Shown piece by piece: positions 63,171 to 64,000 of a stretch of DNA of 64,000 nt (position 1 is its first letter; every line of letters starts with the position of its first letter). Source of the DNA: an uncultured Actinomycetota bacterium. GTDB lineage: Bacteria > Actinomycetota > Actinomycetes > Propionibacteriales > Nocardioidaceae. Location of the stretch: assembly GCA_963695705.1 (NCBI GenBank), contig CAVOHB010000001.1, positions 87,324 through 151,323 on the forward strand, written 5' to 3'. The notes under the pieces are model-generated. The model was given only the letters and a program-made list of their open reading frames with translations, did not search any database and was not told the DNA's origin. The translations under genes and the position numbers were made by a program.

Positions 63171-64000
63171 CGAGGGTGATCGCGAACCGCGAGGCGACGC
63201 CGTCGCGGATCTCGCGGGCGAGCGTCAGCAGGTCGTCGGTGCTGGCGGTACCGCTGTTGGTCAGCGCGAGCGTGTGCTTCGACGACACCGCCGCTCCTCC
63301 CCTCCGGTGTCCGCGCTCGAACCCCGCGTGCTCGATCAGCCAGGCGGCACCGACCTTGACCCGCCCGTCCGCGTGCGGCCATCGCGGGGCAGCCTCCGGC
63401 AGGCCGGCGGCGGTCGACACGTCGACAACAGGGTTGGTGAAGAACGACCCGGCACTCCACGTGTCGTGGTCATCGTCGTCGAGCACCATGCCCTTGGCCC
63501 GGCGCAGGGCCAGGACGGCCTCCCTGACCTCGGCCGCCGGCGCCCGCCGGCCGAGGGGAACGCCCAGGATCCGGGCCAGCTCGGCGTACGACACGGGCGA
63601 TCCGAGCCGGTCGCGCCGCAGCCGGAAGGTCACCGAGACCACGACGTGCCGGTTCGGGTCGGCCTTGAACCGGCTCGTGCGGTAACCGAAACGGCACTCC
63701 GCCGCGGGCAGCGTCACCTCTCGCGCGGCCACCCGCTCCCACGCCCGGACGGAGGCGATCGTCTGCGACACCTCCTGGCCGTACGCGCCGACGTTCTGTA
63801 CCGGCGTCGCGCCGACCCGGCCGGGGATGCCGCTGAGCGCCTCAATGCCGCTCCATCCCGACTCGACGGCGCGGGAGACCAGGGCGTCCCACGGCTCGCC
63901 GGCCCGGGCGCGGACCGCGACACCGTCACCCTCCGGGTCGCCCTCGACGTCGATGCCCCGTGAGTTGAGCGCGACGACGGTGCCGTCGAACCCGGCATCG
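63136..64000 (-). CDS. murB: UDP-N-acetylenolpyruvoylglucosamine reductase MurB, 5' end cut by window edge
   Basis: I translated the frame by hand to position 63999 without a stop: DAGFDGTVVALNSRGIDVEGD...GEPWDALVSRAVESGWSGIEALSGIPGRVGATPVQNVGAYGQEV. It then continues as ORF 63136..63771. Confidence 0.9.
   Translation of the reverse strand, partial: DAGFDGTVVALNSRGIDVEGDPEGDGVAVRARAGEPWDALVSRAVESGWSGIEALSGIPGRVGATPVQNVGAYGQEVSQTIASVRAWERVAAREVTLPAAECRFGYRTSRFKADPNRHVVVSVTFRLRRDRLGSPVSYAELARILGVPLGRRAPAAEVREAVLALRRAKGMVLDDDDHDTWSAGSFFTNPVVDVSTAAGLPEAAPRWPHADGRVKVGAAWLIEHAGFERGHRRGGAAVSSKHTLALTNSGTASTDDLLTLAREIRDGVASRFAITLVNEPTLVGCRL

Overview
High-GC (roughly 70%) actinobacterial chromosome segment made almost entirely of conserved housekeeping genes, about 95% coding and mostly on the minus strand. 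From left to right the window holds the following. (1) groEL (partial) and groES with two CIRCE operators. (2) A divergent SAM methyltransferase. (3) A tightly coupled 8-gene operon: acpS-nnr-alr-hydrolase-tsaE-tsaB-rimI-tsaD. (4) coaA and a GNAT gene. (5) rplM-rpsI-glmM, citrate synthase and an ABC-F ATPase. (6) A small atypical XRE-HTH gene. (7) The alpha operon (infA-rpmJ-rpsM-rpsK-rpsD-rpoA-rplQ-truA plus a methyltransferase). (8) The spc operon (rplN through rplO, then secY-adk-map), the S10 operon (rpsJ through rpsQ) and the str operon (rpsL-rpsG-fusA-tuf). (9) A membrane protein and a GNAT, rpoB-rpoC, and rplJ-rplL. (10) A tricorn-like S41 protease, rplK-rplA, secE-nusG and tRNA-Trp. 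(11) aspC, adenosine deaminase and murB (partial). I found no CRISPR array, transposase, integrase, phage gene or recognisable defence or toxin system, so I do not claim a novel multi-gene system here. The observations most worth a second look are these. (a) A GNAT-TsaE fusion sits inside the t6A operon. (b) The adenosine deaminase has its catalytic HxH motif upstream of any ATG/GTG/TTG start codon. (c) A 31-nt motif is shared upstream of the rplM and rplJ operons, and a TTTTGACCCTC extended -35 is shared by the rplM and rpsL promoters. (d) A 17-bp-stem palindrome is centred in the ABC-F/XRE divergent region, and a 25/26-nt identical copy lies inside the alr coding sequence. (e) The XRE gene has atypical codon usage and looks leaderless. 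(f) In-frame tandem repeats create long acidic tails or extensions on L17, L10, L4 and S9. All coordinates were derived by hand from the sequence and the ORF track. Gene starts were trimmed using family N-termini and stop/start overlaps, so a few may be off.
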